Positions 27,884 through 41,418 are shown, numbered from the whole stretch's first letter. The stretch: DNA of 61,981 nucleotides, filler included, from Rhabdomonas costata (GCA_019059605.1; 24 parts of 24 records of this genome joined end to end with filler, not necessarily neighbours in it), one strand, 5' to 3'. Notes: a model not told the origin generated them from the sequence alone. Made by a program: numbers and translations.

Positions 27884-29170
27884 CCCGCTGTGACGGGCGC
27901 GCTAATCGGGAGAGATGACCCTCTGGTCTTGAGGTTTCCTGTGCTGTGTGTTTAATTTTTAGTTTTCCGGGGCAGACGTCTCCACATTAATTTTGTGCAT
28001 TGAGCGGTCGTCCGACACCGGGATGCAAGTATACACCGGAAGTCAGGTTCAAAAAGCTCTACTCCCCCGACATTGCTATTGTGCAAGCTTGTATGAGGCG
28101 GTTTGTCTCTGGACCGTTGGTAAGAAATTTTCTGGGGCTCTCTTGGGCTCTTCCTGTCAATACTCGTTGTGTGCATTATGTGCAACACACGTTGCTATTC
28201 CTTTTGTTACGTTTTTGGACTCCGGAACTCCGTTGGCTCTTCATTACTTTTCTTTGCTCGGTTGCTGCGTATGCTCCGCTGCTTCACTCTCTCTGTTCAA
28301 GCATGAAAGAAAGACGGCACGTCTACGGTATGAAGCTTGTACAGACTTCCAAAATTGTTATTGTTTGGCCCAGTAATGAGAAATTAGACAAACCAACNNN
28401 NNNNNNNNNNNNNNNNNNNNNNNNNNNNNNNNNNNNNNNNNTTAATTAATTAANNNNNNNNNNNNNNNNNNNNNNNNNNNNNNNNNNNNNNNNNNNNGTG
28501 CGCTGTCTGGCTGGCCAAGGTTGCAATGTTGTAATGACTCTTAGGGGCAAGTGGGATAGATTGGGCTCCGCGGTGGAGACAGGGGGAAATAAAAGGAGGT
28601 CAGTACTTTTCCGTCCCTAAAATAGACCCATCCCACTTGTTTGCCGACTCCCGGCAAAAAATGAGTTGCCACTAACAATAATGATCTGTGAATGACCCGT
28701 GAAAGGCATTGTTTCTATATAAGCATTGTTTCTGACTTTTTCGCATAACCTTTTTGTATTGAAATAACGATTAACACTCGCCCCCCCCCCCTCGGCCCGG
28801 CGGAGCCGGTCTGAGTCGGAACGTTGTCACATGGTGATGCACGTCAAAAGCAAAGCATGTACACTTGTGCAGACGTGCCGGGCCCCTTTGGTCCTTCAGC
28901 ATGTGAAACGTTGCCGTACGTGTAAGGACGTACGTGTAGCTTCTTGTGGTGTGAAAGCGCCATACGTGGCAATGATGCGTTGGATTTCCAACAGCTGTTT
29001 TTCTCAGACCGTGCGGTCTTTTCTGTGCTTCTGTACATTTTTGGGTCATTTCACTGCCGATGCGGTTTTTCCGCACTTTTGGCAAGTGAAGCCCTAATGT
29101 TTCGTCTTACCTGAGAAACTTCATCCCCCCCCCCCTGAGTTGCAATTCGGTGGTTTGCACCCCCTGGCCC

Positions 29171-30957
29171 ATGTCACTGCCCAAAGATGACAGCGGGAGC
29201 TCTAAGAAGGCGCTCGAGGTCACTCTGGAGGACTACCACGCCCTGCGATCGAAGTTCAACTTGGTTGACCCCTCCGGGAGTGGGCTGTTGTTCCTCCAGG
29301 CCTTGAGGAAGGCCCCGGTTTGCCAAGCCACCCTGCCCATTGTCCATATCTAACTGCCCAGTCCCGTTTGAAGCTTTTATGCGTATGATTCTGTTGGAAT
29401 GCAGCAGTGACGAATGGTTCGTTTTATTGGGCGATAGAACTTGCTTGTGCTACATCCATGACTGTGGGGTGGAGGGGTGCCGTCAGCGAAGGTGGTAAAC
29501 GTCGGTCGCACACTTTTCGCTTTCGACACCCTTCCCCTCTTGCGAGTGCATATTGGTGGTTTTGTGCAGAATGACGACTCCGCAGTCATCTCGGTGGAGC
29601 TCTTTGAGCAGGTGGACACCGAGAAGCGAGGATACCTCACATTCTTGGACGTCTTCAAGTGCGTGCAGTGCTGTTCGCTTTTGCTATCGGCTCGGCGCTG
29701 AGAATAAAGTACCCTGCCTTACGGTGGTGGCCATGTCGCCAACTCTGTGAAAGCGAAGGACTGGCAATTTTGCTGTGTGATCTCCAGCTTAAAAAACGTT
29801 TCCCCAAAGGATTGTTAGGCTGATCGCTTTCTGTAGGGCTTGTGTAGGATGGTTGGGGATATTAACTTATGACGAATGTTTAGTGAATTCTTCTCCTTGG
29901 CTCTGTCGCTATTGCCTTAAGAATGATTTGATTGCAATGTGAGTCTTGAGCTTGGATTTTGCCACAGGGCGCGGTATCCCCTGGTGAAGGAGCGTGAGCT
30001 GAAGCGGGTGTACGCCACTTACCTCTCAGGTGCGGCTCTAGTGGCGTGCTGTTTCAAAACTCAATGGGTCAATGGGGAGTAGTTCATTATTTTCGCCTCC
30101 GTATTTCCCATGTATCTCCATTTCCTGAATGGGGAGTCAGTCGCGCTTGTGGGAGCCAGGAGCCATAGAGCACGCGGGAGAAAAGATCAAAAAGTGGGCA
30201 CCCCCCCCCTCGGATCTGTTATTCAATCACTTGCCTACGAGACGTCGGGAACCCACTTCTATTTCTTGCTTACTCATTTTCTCAGCTTCTGAAGTGCGTG
30301 CACTGCGCCGGTCCTTCTTGGAGATCACCCATGGAAGCGACAAAATGTACTCTGAAGACTTGCTCACAGGTGGCTTTCACAGCGTGGGTGGTTGTGTTTG
30401 AGTAGCTTCTCTTCGGTTTAGTCATTACCGCTCACTCTCTTGATGGGTGAACATCACTGTAACAGGACACACAGTGTGCAGCAGGGGGGATAAGGATGGG
30501 GTGAGGAAGTCAAACTCATGGTATTTCATGGCTCTGTGAACGCCCATGATGGTGGGGGCAGCCAACGTGCCCAAACCGCTCTAGCCGCAAGCAATTGCCC
30601 GGCCACACTGACGGAATGAGGGGAAAGAGGTGTGGTAAAGCTTCCATCAGCCAACTTCGCCCCAAACAAAGGGCGCGTCCGCCGGGAGCCGGCTGGCGCT
30701 GCCAGCCTGCAGCCCTCTTACTGCTCCGGCACAATACAGCACCTCACAGCACAGACCCATGCCCTTCCAAGCAGCACCCACACATCCTGGGGCCTAGAGC
30801 AATCTGCGCCCATCGTCCTCTGCCTCATTGCCTTACTGCCACATTTTGGATTCTGGCGCACCACGGGGGGCGTTTTTGTATCATCGCGTCATTTGTTGAC
30901 TGGTGTGTGTTTCTCAGCGGGAGAGACGCTCGATGGGATGCGTCTCACTGTACAGCG
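29171..30957 (+). CDS. EF-hand protein, 3'-truncated; exons 29171-29279, ~29547-29658, 29968-30029, 30286-30369, 30918-30957
   Basis: EF-loops FNLVDPSG… and FEQVDTEKRGYLTFLDVF; phase-compatible GT-AG joins. The acceptor of exon 2 is ambiguous. Confidence 0.75.
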
Positions 30958-31414
30958 GTTTGAAACCACCCCTAACTTTCGGNNNNNNNNNNNNNNNNNN
31001 NNNNNNNNNNNNNNNNNNNNNNNNNNTTAATTAATTAANNNNNNNNNNNNNNNNNNNNNNNNNNNNNNNNNNNNNNNNNNNNTGTTTTGTGTTGGGGGTA
31101 TATCTGCCGTGTGGTTTCTGGTTTCGTTCAATTGGACTTTTAGGGCCTTTTATGTTCAAAGCACATAGTCAGGTACCGGAGTGAGGCGGTGGACCTTTTA
31201 CTTGCTTTTACTCGCTGTACTGAGGACAATCACACTTATATAGGTTCCCGCGTCTGCAGGCTGAAATGCGTCACATACAATCCTCTGAGTTTCGGAGTGT
31301 ATTTATCCGTATCTTGTATGGCATCATCCCCCCTGGGGTTTATTGCCTGTCTGGCTGTCTGCCTTGTCTGACTGATCGAAAGTCCAACGAAACCTCTGCG
31401 CTGCACGCTGTTAG

Positions 31415-32772
31415 GCGTGATCTACAAAACCGACGATGACGGGTTGGTGCAGATGAGCATCGGCCTGGCGACAGGCTACGCCAACGCCCAGAACGACCTC
31501 GACCAGAGCACCATGGAGCTGATGCTGGGGCGACCCTACCCGGTCTCCCAGCCCCTGGGCTCCCACATACAGTACCTTTCCAACCTCCGCGAGGCCACCG
31601 GGAACTGCTCCACGGACTCCAACTCTACGCGGTGTGTGTACCCCAGCACGGCGGCCGAGGCGATGGTTCTGGCCCTGCGCGGGGAATCCGGGATTACTGT
31701 GGGCACGGACTACGACGGGGATTCTGTGTACGCCGCCTATGCCTACTCCACTGAGGTGAGGGAGGGGAACAGTGGTCTGGACGCCAGTGCGGGGATCCCG
31801 TAGATCGTTCACCGAATTTGTACAAGTCAAGAATAGAGAAAATATACACAATTTTGCGTTTTTTCATGAACCAGATAGACAACTTCCCTGAGCTGCGGTC
31901 CGCAGCTTTGCTATCACGCGAATTCAAAAAAAAAAAAAAGGACAAAAGATGCACCCAACATCCAACACCCCCGCGGCATTTTGGGCTTCCATCACTCCTG
32001 TGTGATGATGTGCTTGAGGTCCTCGGGGGGAGCTCTTGAGCGGGGTTAAAAGCTGCTCTTTTCCTCGGGGGCACAGCTCGACCTTGGCCTCGTCCTCAAG
32101 ATCCACCGCCATGAAGTGGAGTGGCCATGCATTCTCAACCTCTTAATTGTACTCTTCACGGCCCTCGGAATCACCGCGCTGGGTGTGGGATTGTTGATCG
32201 CCTGCTCCCGGCGCATGCTGGCCACTCTGGAGGATTCCTGGGAGAAGGGCAAGCAGGCCGTGGAGCAGCAGAAGCAGAGTTTCCATCGGCTTGTGGTGGC
32301 GATGTACCCGAAGTTCGCATCTGATGGGCTTCTTGCGGAGCAGGCGCAGATTGTGATGGAAGTTCCCGAGGTGTGTGACGTGCGGGGCGTTGGGTTTTTC
32401 GACGGGTTCCTCACCCCATAACCCGATGAAATCACCCGCCGCTTCTGTCAGTGTGCGTTTACGTTTTGTGATCGAGGTGCTACTCGTTTGTGGGGAGGGG
32501 TGCCTTCGATCCGAAGGCCTTCTCGTTGCCTGAGTCCAAATAAATTTAGTCTCACGGTATTCCGGACGCTGACTCTTGTCAGATACAAATGTTTCAATCG
32601 CCAATGGTGGCCGAGCCCGAATTCCGAAATCCCGAAAGAATGAAAACCGTCCGTAATGTTCTCATTGCTTCGCGCCCGCCCCACGCCCGTTGCTGTAGGC
32701 GACGATCTTCTTCTCGGACATCTGCAGCTTCACGGCCCAGGCCAACTCGATCAGCGCCACGGAGCTGCTGCA
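31415..32772 (+). CDS. Receptor-type class III adenylate/guanylate cyclase with Cache-like sensor, internal fragment; exons 31415-31755, 32077-32370, 32699-32772
   Basis: ALRGESGITVGTDYDGDSVYAAYAYSTELDLGLVLKIHRHEV (Cache-like), one TM helix, a coiled-coil with VAMYPKFAS, then ATIFFSDICSFT (first metal-binding Asp of class III cyclases). Confidence 0.85.
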
Positions 32773-33667
32773 GTGGCTTGGATATCTCTTCGGAGTCATG
32801 GATCACGTTGCACGGTTTGTCTCATTTTTTGACCAGTGTATCTTGAAAGTAGTTACTAATATTACCTTTGGTGATGCGTTACCATTGACGCACATCCAGA
32901 TGTGTACTGAATAGTTTTTATGGCGGCACACATCGCGACAAACGGGTTCACACGCATGTGCTTTTGAAACTCGCGTATTTTGCGCTTGCCCTGTGAAGCT
33001 GGCCACTTTGCAATGAATACTTTAAGGGATAATTAATTACGTTGGTCACTGGTCACAAAGACTCTTCGTTTAACAATTGCATACTGCGTTTTTCCTGAAT
33101 TAGCAGATGTGGTAGGTGTAATAGGTGGGAATACCCGGTAGGAGCGACCTTTCTACGAACCCCTCCACTGCTACTTGCATTCTCAGCCACACACATGCGC
33201 CATCAGGCGTGCGTTGTCCCCACGATGCCCGAATCTCTAACTCTCTGTTCGTGGGACGGCGCACCACTGCTCCCATGCGGACCGATGTGATCTTATCGCT
33301 TTTGAGGCTGAATTTGGTTGGGGGGGGGGTAGCCCATGCCGATGATGGAAGCACATGAGCTCCAGCCAGATTTGCACACCTATTCTTCCCCACCTGGAAA
33401 GAACTACCCAATATCACACAAACCAAATACCGGCCTGGACATCGATACGCGTTTTCTGCCAATAGAAACTATAAAAACTCAGAAATCTGAAATGGCACGT
33501 TTTGGCCGCTCGTAGACGGTGGCTGTTGACCCAGCCGCAGGAACAACGTATCACCACCAACCCCCCCNNNNNNNNNNNNNNNNNNNNNNNNNNNNNNNNN
33601 NNNNNNNNNNNTTAATTAATTAANNNNNNNNNNNNNNNNNNNNNNNNNNNNNNNNNNNNNNNNNNNN

Positions 33668-33969
33668 TGTTGTGGGGAACATCTGGTGGAGTGGGGCTTC
33701 TACAAGCAGGTGGTAGGTACAATGTGGCTTTTGGCGGTGGTGGACATTCCGGTAACAAGTTACCAAGCCGATTCGTGAAACACTGCCACACTGCGAGGTT
33801 ATTTCATCTTAAGTGGATTGGTAAGGAGTTATTTTTACGACTATAAATTTAAATACAAACTCCTTGAAGGTGTTAAATTTGCTGCTGGTTTGGTGTTGTG
33901 AGGAACATCTGGTGGAGTGGTGCTTCTACAAGCAGGTGGTAGGTACAATGTGGCTTTTGGCGGTGGTGG
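33668..33969 (+). repeat. 76-bp direct repeat (33668-33743 and 33894-33969)
   Basis: The copies differ at 2 positions. Confidence 0.95.
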
Positions 33970-33986
33970 CTCCGCCTGGACACCAC

Positions 33987-35058
33987 CGCCATCATGTGGT
34001 GCCCGAGTGTCTGTGTGGTGCGGAGCTGCTACCTGTGGCTTCTTGCCTTCGCCCTTATGCTGCTGCTGCTCCATGGCATAAACCATCATTAGTCGTGGAT
34101 GCTACAAGTCTTCCAAGGAGGACGTGTGAAGAGGTTGTTGTGAACTCGGGTTTGTGTATTGCTTTAGAACGATTTCTATCCAGTTGCTTTCATCAAACTG
34201 TATACAAAAACACAATTCTTGAATGAGAAAGATATGAATACACTTCTAGATGTGGAATGGAAGCACATACTTGAATGAGAGACGCGCCTTCCATAAAAAG
34301 ACTTGGTGATTATTGATACTGTGACCGTGTACTTGCTTTCTTTTGGTTGAAGCCCAAAATGTCCTGAGCAAATATGGTCCAAAGGAAGTGCTATAGGCAC
34401 ATCACTGTAGCAATTGTTTACTGCAACTGCATCCAAAATGTTTTGTACTTACATTTGTGTGCATATCTTACGTAAGATTTCCACAAAACGTCCATATATG
34501 ATGATAATGTGACCATTGTTTGGTGGCATTGCTGCATAAGGCCTTGGTGATTTCATTTTTATGTACTCCATCCAGAAGCAGAATGTCCATCAGTCTCGAA
34601 AAGTGAGAAAGTTCCGAAAACAATTACACTATTCATACTAAATGTCACTAACTGGACGTGTGCATATGAGTAGCAGATATTTTACTGCAGAGGGCAAAAG
34701 GCGCCAACTTTCTTAAATTGATGCACATGAGCAAAACATGCCTTTCACTTTCATACACTGCTGTTCAATTAATCAACGAGACAAACGTTTACACGAATTT
34801 CGGAGCTTCAACGTGCCATTTTGTTTTCACAAACAGCGGTTGCTTTCATTACTGCCGATATCGCCTCGTTCTTCCCATCGTTTTATACCATTAGGCATCC
34901 TGAAAGTAGGGTCCAACATTCAACGTTCTCCTGGATAGCCGTGTCGTCCCCCCAACCATTGATGGATTATGCCATGGAGCAGCAATAGCAGCAGCAGCAT
35001 TACAGAGACAGAGACCGAATCCCACACCACACAGACACTCGGGAACCACATGATGGCG
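33987..35058. repeat. Diverged ~100-bp inverted repeats (33987-34088 and 34960-35058) around an ~870-bp AT-rich spacer
   Basis: 33987-34020 is the reverse complement of 35025-35058 with 1 mismatch in 34. TGCTGCTCCATGGCATAA in the left arm matches TTATGCCATGGAGCAGCA in the right arm. Confidence 0.85.
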
Positions 35059-37774
35059 AAATGTGCCAATACCCGCAAACTTCCATGCATGTGGACTCTT
35101 TGTAAACGCACTAGGTCGATTTCATACTATTCCAAAGGCTAATTCACTACATTCGCTCCGCAATTTGTCTTAATTCGTCGAAATACCAGACAGACTTGTT
35201 TGCTTCGTTTCTCGCTTCACGCATCACCTCGAATGTAACTTGACTGCTTTAACTTCGCCCTGAAACACTAAGAATGTGACGGACTAAAAACATTCCACTT
35301 TACGACATCGCATGCCAGTGGACCTTGTAATTCACACCTCCTGAATCTCCCACTTGCAGGGACTAATTTGTTGTGAGTGTCTTCTGCTTCACCGCTTTGC
35401 TTCTCTAAACCTGTGTGTGTGACTTGTGGTGAAATTGGACGTCTTTTGAGCAGTAGAAAATTCCAATGTTAATCTACCTCCAATGGTCTACCAACCTACT
35501 TCCTCTTTGGCTTTCCAAGAACGCGGAGGCACAGCCAACAATTACAACCTCACAGCGTCCACGAATCGTCACAAAACGCGCACAACACACTTCACCACAC
35601 CAAATCCTTCTGAAATTCCGTGATATAGGAAAAATTGGCAACATCTTGGATTCATGGCGCTCACTCATTTTTCGTTGGTTGGTTTTTCCTCGATCTATCT
35701 TTCTTCTTGATCTTCTTGATCTCCTTGATTGTTGGCGGTCTTGTTGAAGCGCGTTTTTCTTCTATTGTGCCTTCCGTAGATATGCTTGTGGTTCCTTCTG
35801 AAAACAAACTGGTATAACACTCACTTATATAGAATGCTTTATTGCCACCACCTTTTGATCTCATCAGTTGACTTCTGCCTCATGATCCCAACTGCTCTTG
35901 TGTTCAAGCCTTTCATTGCTGCACCATTCATTTATTGCATCATTTGCTATTACTCTGTAATGACATAATCTCTATTTCCCTTATGGAATAATCCACATCT
36001 ACCTACTATTTTCTAGTCAAACCCATGTGAAGGTTCTATATCTTGGAGCATGATCTAGGAAGTAAAAAATACCCTTTGCTTCAATTGACCTGGATCTAGT
36101 GAGATAAGTTTGACTGATTGAGACTTTGTTGGGTAAACGGCACCCAACAANNNNNNNNNNNNNNNNNNNNNNNNNNNNNNNNNNNNNNNNNNNNTTAATT
36201 AATTAANNNNNNNNNNNNNNNNNNNNNNNNNNNNNNNNNNNNNNNNNNNNTTGTGTTGGTGTGCCCTCTGCTTTTTGTCCTGCCCATCCCCTGCCCCTCT
36301 ATCCATTCCTCCGTGGGACTGGACGTGGTTTGGTTTGGGACCTCCAGCTCCTTCTTCCCTCCTTATTATAGTCCCCAGAACAGCGCATTCCGATAATTTA
36401 GTGCATGTCAATAGTGCAGGTGCCGCTGGAGGAGTGTAGCGACGCCACGTTTGCCAGTCGGGCGCCGCCGTGAGGGCGACCAAAAAGAACAGCACTTTTT
36501 CACTTTAGCAATTTACATCCCGTGCTCATAGGCATCTCAGCGTTGCTTTGAAAACCCATTTTTCTCATGTTTATGTTTAGATTCGTCTGTTCCCTCGGGA
36601 GGTTTCGCTCCTTCTCGTAAAAATTCCGGGGGTTAAGGGGTTTAGTACATTAGACCTCCCCCCCATAGGCTGTACAGTCTTCAAAATGTTCAAAACCGAT
36701 TCCAGTGCACAGTGTGGTCTGCCATAAGGCGCCCAAGGTTTTGGGCCGCTCCGCCGCGCTCTGCTGCCTAAGACCTCCTGAACATCCTGGAAAATACCTT
36801 CCAGTGCCTTCGGTGGGCATTCAGAGGGCATGAGCATCCCCATCTAACCCCCAGGGAACATGTGCTTCGCCCTCTAACGCGCTTAGTTGCTAGTGATCGC
36901 GGCGACAGAGTCATTAACAGGAAGGGGTGTACCGTATGATCGATCTAATGGTCGGCAGCCTTGTTAAGAACTTGCCAAAAGTTACGGCGGTCTCATAGGC
37001 TCTGTTCTGGATGACTGCGTTGGTTCTTCTGCTCTGCGTCCTCCTGGGTGGCTTCCCAGCTGCCGTGCTGCCATGGAACCCCCACATCCAAACCCGACCC
37101 GCTCCTTTCCCTCCCTTTCCCTTTCTCTTTGCCTTCCCCGATGTGGTTTTTACGAATGGGAAGTGCACGAGAGAACGGACGAACGTTGGTGGGGTTTGGG
37201 CATGCCTGTCGCCAGCTCTGCGTTGTCCTCCCCTTCAAAAACTTGCCCCCGATGAAAATTATTACCTGCCATCAAAAAAAGGACGGCGACGGCTTATCTT
37301 TTGGTTCTCTTAAATCGCTGACCTTTTTGTATGTGAGACAAGGCAAGAGACAGGAGTAATGCAGGAATTCCTCGCAGACTATTAGTACTTGGAAGCCCTA
37401 AATCTGTAGTCATGGCGTTGGTCCTTCAGTCACGCTTGTTATATATTTATGAGGCGTTTCCAGAACAGATTATGATTTTGTCACACAACGAGTTTCGGTA
37501 CGCCTTATAACTTCACATGGCGCACCCCCCCCCCCCTTTCCCGCTGCCCTTCACCGCAATCAGAGAATATTTGAGGGGGAGGTGCGCGTTATGAACATGT
37601 TCTCCTAATGGCCGAGCTGACCATTTATTTAATGGTTTTGGTTCCCGTCGGTTCCGATCGGTATATGGTTTCTTTCCAGGACTTTTTATAGAGCACGTGC
37701 ATTTTATTCCCTTCTCCCCACTCGCCCGCTCGCGGTCTTGTCGAGTTTTCACCTCCCATCCTCTCATCCTATCA

Positions 37775-38131
37775 ATGGCTAGCCCATCCTCGAAGGGTGA
37801 GAAGCCCGAGAAGAAGGACAAGTCTTGGGAGTCCAAGCTGCAGTTCTGGCGCAGCTCGGGGAGCCACCACTCCAGCGAGCACAAGTCCTCCAAGAGCTCC
37901 TCCAAGCGGGACCTCCCGTCCCGCCTCGCCGACCCCGACCCCCGAGACCGCATGGATGGCCTGCCCTCGTGGGCGGGGATCGGGGCGATCGTGGGCGGCG
38001 GTGCCGGGCGTGCGGAGCCCCCCAATCCCAACCAGAGGATTGAGGAGATGATCCACGAGAAGCAGTTCGAGAAGGCGCTGGAGGACTTCACTCTGAGCCG
38101 CGGGGACACCGACTCGTGCTGTGGCGGTCAA
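37775..38131 (+). CDS. First exon of a hypothetical protein with a Ser/Lys-rich N-terminus
   Basis: ATG after a pyrimidine-rich tract and strong GC3 bias (MASPSSKGEKPEKKDKSWESKLQFW…EKQFEKALEDFTLSRGDTDS). Donor at 38116 or 38132. Confidence 0.65.
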
Positions 38132-38851
38132 GGTGGACCGACCCCACCCCACCCCTCCAACTGCACTCCTGCCTCCTGCCTCGCCTAATGCGCAACAGCT
38201 GGCTGGTTGCAAACCTTCAGTTCCGCAAGACTGTTCTTGATTGTGTGCGGGTATTGGGTTGGTGGCCTCCTCTCCAGAGAGCGGATTTTTCAGCGTCCTC
38301 TTCACCCAAAATTTTACTTTTTTGGACGACCCTTACGCTTTTGCACGACCCTCATGCAATGTGCGAAGTTTCTTCACTTCTGCGCCGGCACCCACCACCA
38401 TTCTTCAGGGCTCTCCGGGGTTCGTCTGCCAAGCTGCTTAGGATGCGATTTCATTTTCGTTTCATCTGCAGAGCTCAGTGTTTCATTTTGTTAATCTATA
38501 GTTGTTGTTGTTTGTGTATGCGTGTGGATGCCAGCTGGGGCGATATCTGACCATAGAGTGTTTTTCCTTGAACTTCAGATTCCTCGGAGTACTCCTGGCA
38601 GCCCGGCGCGTTCTTTGCCGTGGGCCTCCAGAGCGAAGACACGTACCTCACTCCCCATTCGCCTCTCCTCTCTTCTTATACTTCGAGCAATCTGAAGTTC
38701 AAGGAAAAACACTCTATGGTCAGATATCACCCCNNNNNNNNNNNNNNNNNNNNNNNNNNNNNNNNNNNNNNNNNNNNTTAATTAATTAANNNNNNNNNNN
38801 NNNNNNNNNNNNNNNNNNNNNNNNNNNNNNNNNGGTTGGTGGGATGTTTAG

Positions 38852-41131
38852 GGTGCAACATGATCATTGCGCTGACCCACATGCGGGAGGAGAACGACGA
38901 GCGCTTCCTGCAGGCCGTTCCCCAGGTGGATCTCCTGCTTGGCGGGCATGACCACTTCTACAAGGTACGTGCCCCGTTCCCGGCGCGGCCCCAATCTCCA
39001 GCTCAAAATCCCGAGACGTACTTTTTCGCAGTACGGCTGTGAGCACTCATCTCATTGAGCTTGGGCAAGTCAGGCGGGCTACACCTTAGCCCGCTGGGTG
39101 GTTTTTCGCTGCTAAACGTGCAGCGTATCGAACCGATGCACTTGCTTCACCCCTGCTGATTGCGGGAACCTCCCAACAACCCAGTTCCCGGGGTGCGGGG
39201 TACAGAAGGTAGAATTATGAAGGGGAACCGAATACGTGGGGATCTCAGCCGGCAGGCTGCACAAGTTTGAGGGGTAGGCGTTTGCTTCAGCTTTGTTAGA
39301 GTGTTTGTCATTCAAAGTTTTGGGGCGCCTTCCATCGGACGTCTGACCAAGCCTCCTGCCCACTTTTTTTCCAGAAAAATAGGAACTTCAAGGGAATGCC
39401 CGCACAAACGAGGTGCCAGCCGGCCACATATACACACAGGGCAGACCGTGGTGCAAAAGTAAATATCTGACGGCGATCCCAAAGGCTCAGGGCAGGCGAC
39501 GACACCCCGACCTGGCCCACCGTGCCCAGCCAAGCAGTCCTTGAGTCCATCCATATCCTGTCCTAAAATCGCCGCGTCAAAGCCCGCGCGAAACGCGTCC
39601 AGTAGCGCGTCTCGTGAAACCTCACTGGGGCGGAAATGACAAGCCGGAAACCTTGCGCTAACGCCGTTGCCTCGATTCGATCCATGCTCGGAATCGAGGC
39701 GTTGATCTCCTCAAATGCGGTCGAAACGTCCTGTCAACCCGCCAGAGCCAATGCCATGTTCCGCCACACCTAGATGTATCACCCTGAAAGGCACTAGTGC
39801 GCAGTCGCGCAGGATTCTGATATTGTTCCACTCGGCAGCGTTGAAAAAACCTCCCCTTACGTTTAGTGTTATCGATGTGACCGCGCAGGTCGCAGACGTG
39901 GACGGGGTGAAGCTCATCAAAAGCAGCGCGGACTTCCAGAACACTACGTATATTCAGGTCAGTGGGAGTGCGTGTGAGGGTGTGGGTGTTCTTTCCCGCA
40001 CAGTAGTGCGTGCCCCTGTCGGTGAACTGTTTTTGTCCATCGCCATCTCTTGTCTCTTTTTTCCTTGGCTGACTTTTGTGCACAACCCCGAAAACCGCTG
40101 TTTCTCCTGGGCAGGCTGTTCTTTTTTGCCAATTGCCTTTTGAGCTGGTGTTTGTCTCCGCAAAAAGCCAGCGGAGTACCCAAAAAGAGATGTATAAACC
40201 CTCCTGTCCGGGTTCCTCAGGCCCCCCGTACACTGGGGGTTGGTGTTAGCAAGAGAGAGGAGAAGCTGTGGCTATGATTATGCTGCGCGGGGTTGCGCTC
40301 AGGTGTTTTTGAGTGGTCCGGGCACCCGGCCAATGGTGATGCACGAGCGCATCGCGCTGACGGCGGACATCGAGCAGGACCCAATGCTCACGGAAATCCT
40401 GGGTAGCTTCGAGCAGGATCTGTTGGAAAAGTTTGACAAGGATCTGTGCCGGCTGGGCTGCCAACTGGTGTGGTGTTCTTTTTTCACCAATGTGGGCGCT
40501 TTTATTTTGCTAAATTGTGACGCTTTTTGTTTTTTTCCGCCAGCCACCTCTTTAGTAATATTTTGAGAATTGCAGTTCAAACCCCGACGATCGTATTGAC
40601 CGAACACATGGGACACCACAGGGATCGCTGTGCTTAAAGGAGTACGTTTAGAGTGAAAACGACCGGTTCAGTGTTCAATGTGGGCAATTCACTTCAGCTC
40701 AGCTGAGCTCAGCTCAGCTCAGCTCAGCTCAGTCATCTCAGTTCCGCATGTTTTCATGGAGTGTTTTGTCGATGGCGCGGCAATTTGTAAAAAAAAAAGT
40801 TTCAGCACCCCCCCTATCGGTATTCCTTAAACCCACCCTGATTTCCTGTTTTTCGATTGCATAACTATCGATTCGGCTTTCAGTGGTGTGGTCTGCATGC
40901 AGCCCAACACGCTCATTCGTTCGCGTAAGGGGCCGCTATGAACTTGCATTGCATTTGTGTGGGCAGGACGTCGTCCCAAACACCGTGCGGACGGGGGAGT
41001 GCGCGGTGGGCAACTTCATCGCTGACATCATGAGAGAGGAGATGAAGGCGGACTGCGCCGTGCTGAACTCCGGGCTGCTGCGCGCCAACATTCTCTACCT
41101 CCCCGGGATCCTGAAGATCAAGGATCTGTTG
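38852..41131 (+). CDS. 5'-nucleotidase/apyrase-family metallophosphoesterase fragment; exons 38852-38964, 39889-39957, 40303-40467, 40967-41131
   Basis: IIALTHMR, VDLLLGGHDH, LIKSSADF, VRTGECAVGNFIADIM, AVLNSGLLRA. Three phase-0 GT-AG introns. Confidence 0.93.
40695..40732 (+). repeat. (AGCTC)n pentanucleotide repeat, intronic
   Basis: CAGCTCAGCTGAGCTCAGCTCAGCTCAGCTCAGCTCAG read directly. Confidence 0.9.
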
Positions 41132-41418
41132 GTCTGCGCCGATGTGTTTGGCCTTATCTTGGTTATGTACGTATAGGACCTTTGGGTGCTATGTATATTT
41201 TCACTTCTCCAGTTTAGTTTTTCACCCAAACACACCACTTTCCCTCTCCTCTGGCTTTCTCTCTCTCCTGCTCTCTCTCTCTCTTTTACTCTCGCACATA
41301 ACCCCCACCCCCAGTNNNNNNNNNNNNNNNNNNNNNNNNNNNNNNNNNNNNNNNNNNNNTTAATTAATTAANNNNNNNNNNNNNNNNNNNNNNNNNNNNN
41401 NNNNNNNNNNNNNNNGTG

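Noticed and set aside
37011-37313. ORF with a signal-peptide-like start (MTALVLLLCVLLGG)
   Set aside because: It runs into a pyrimidine tract, with no supporting exons or motif.
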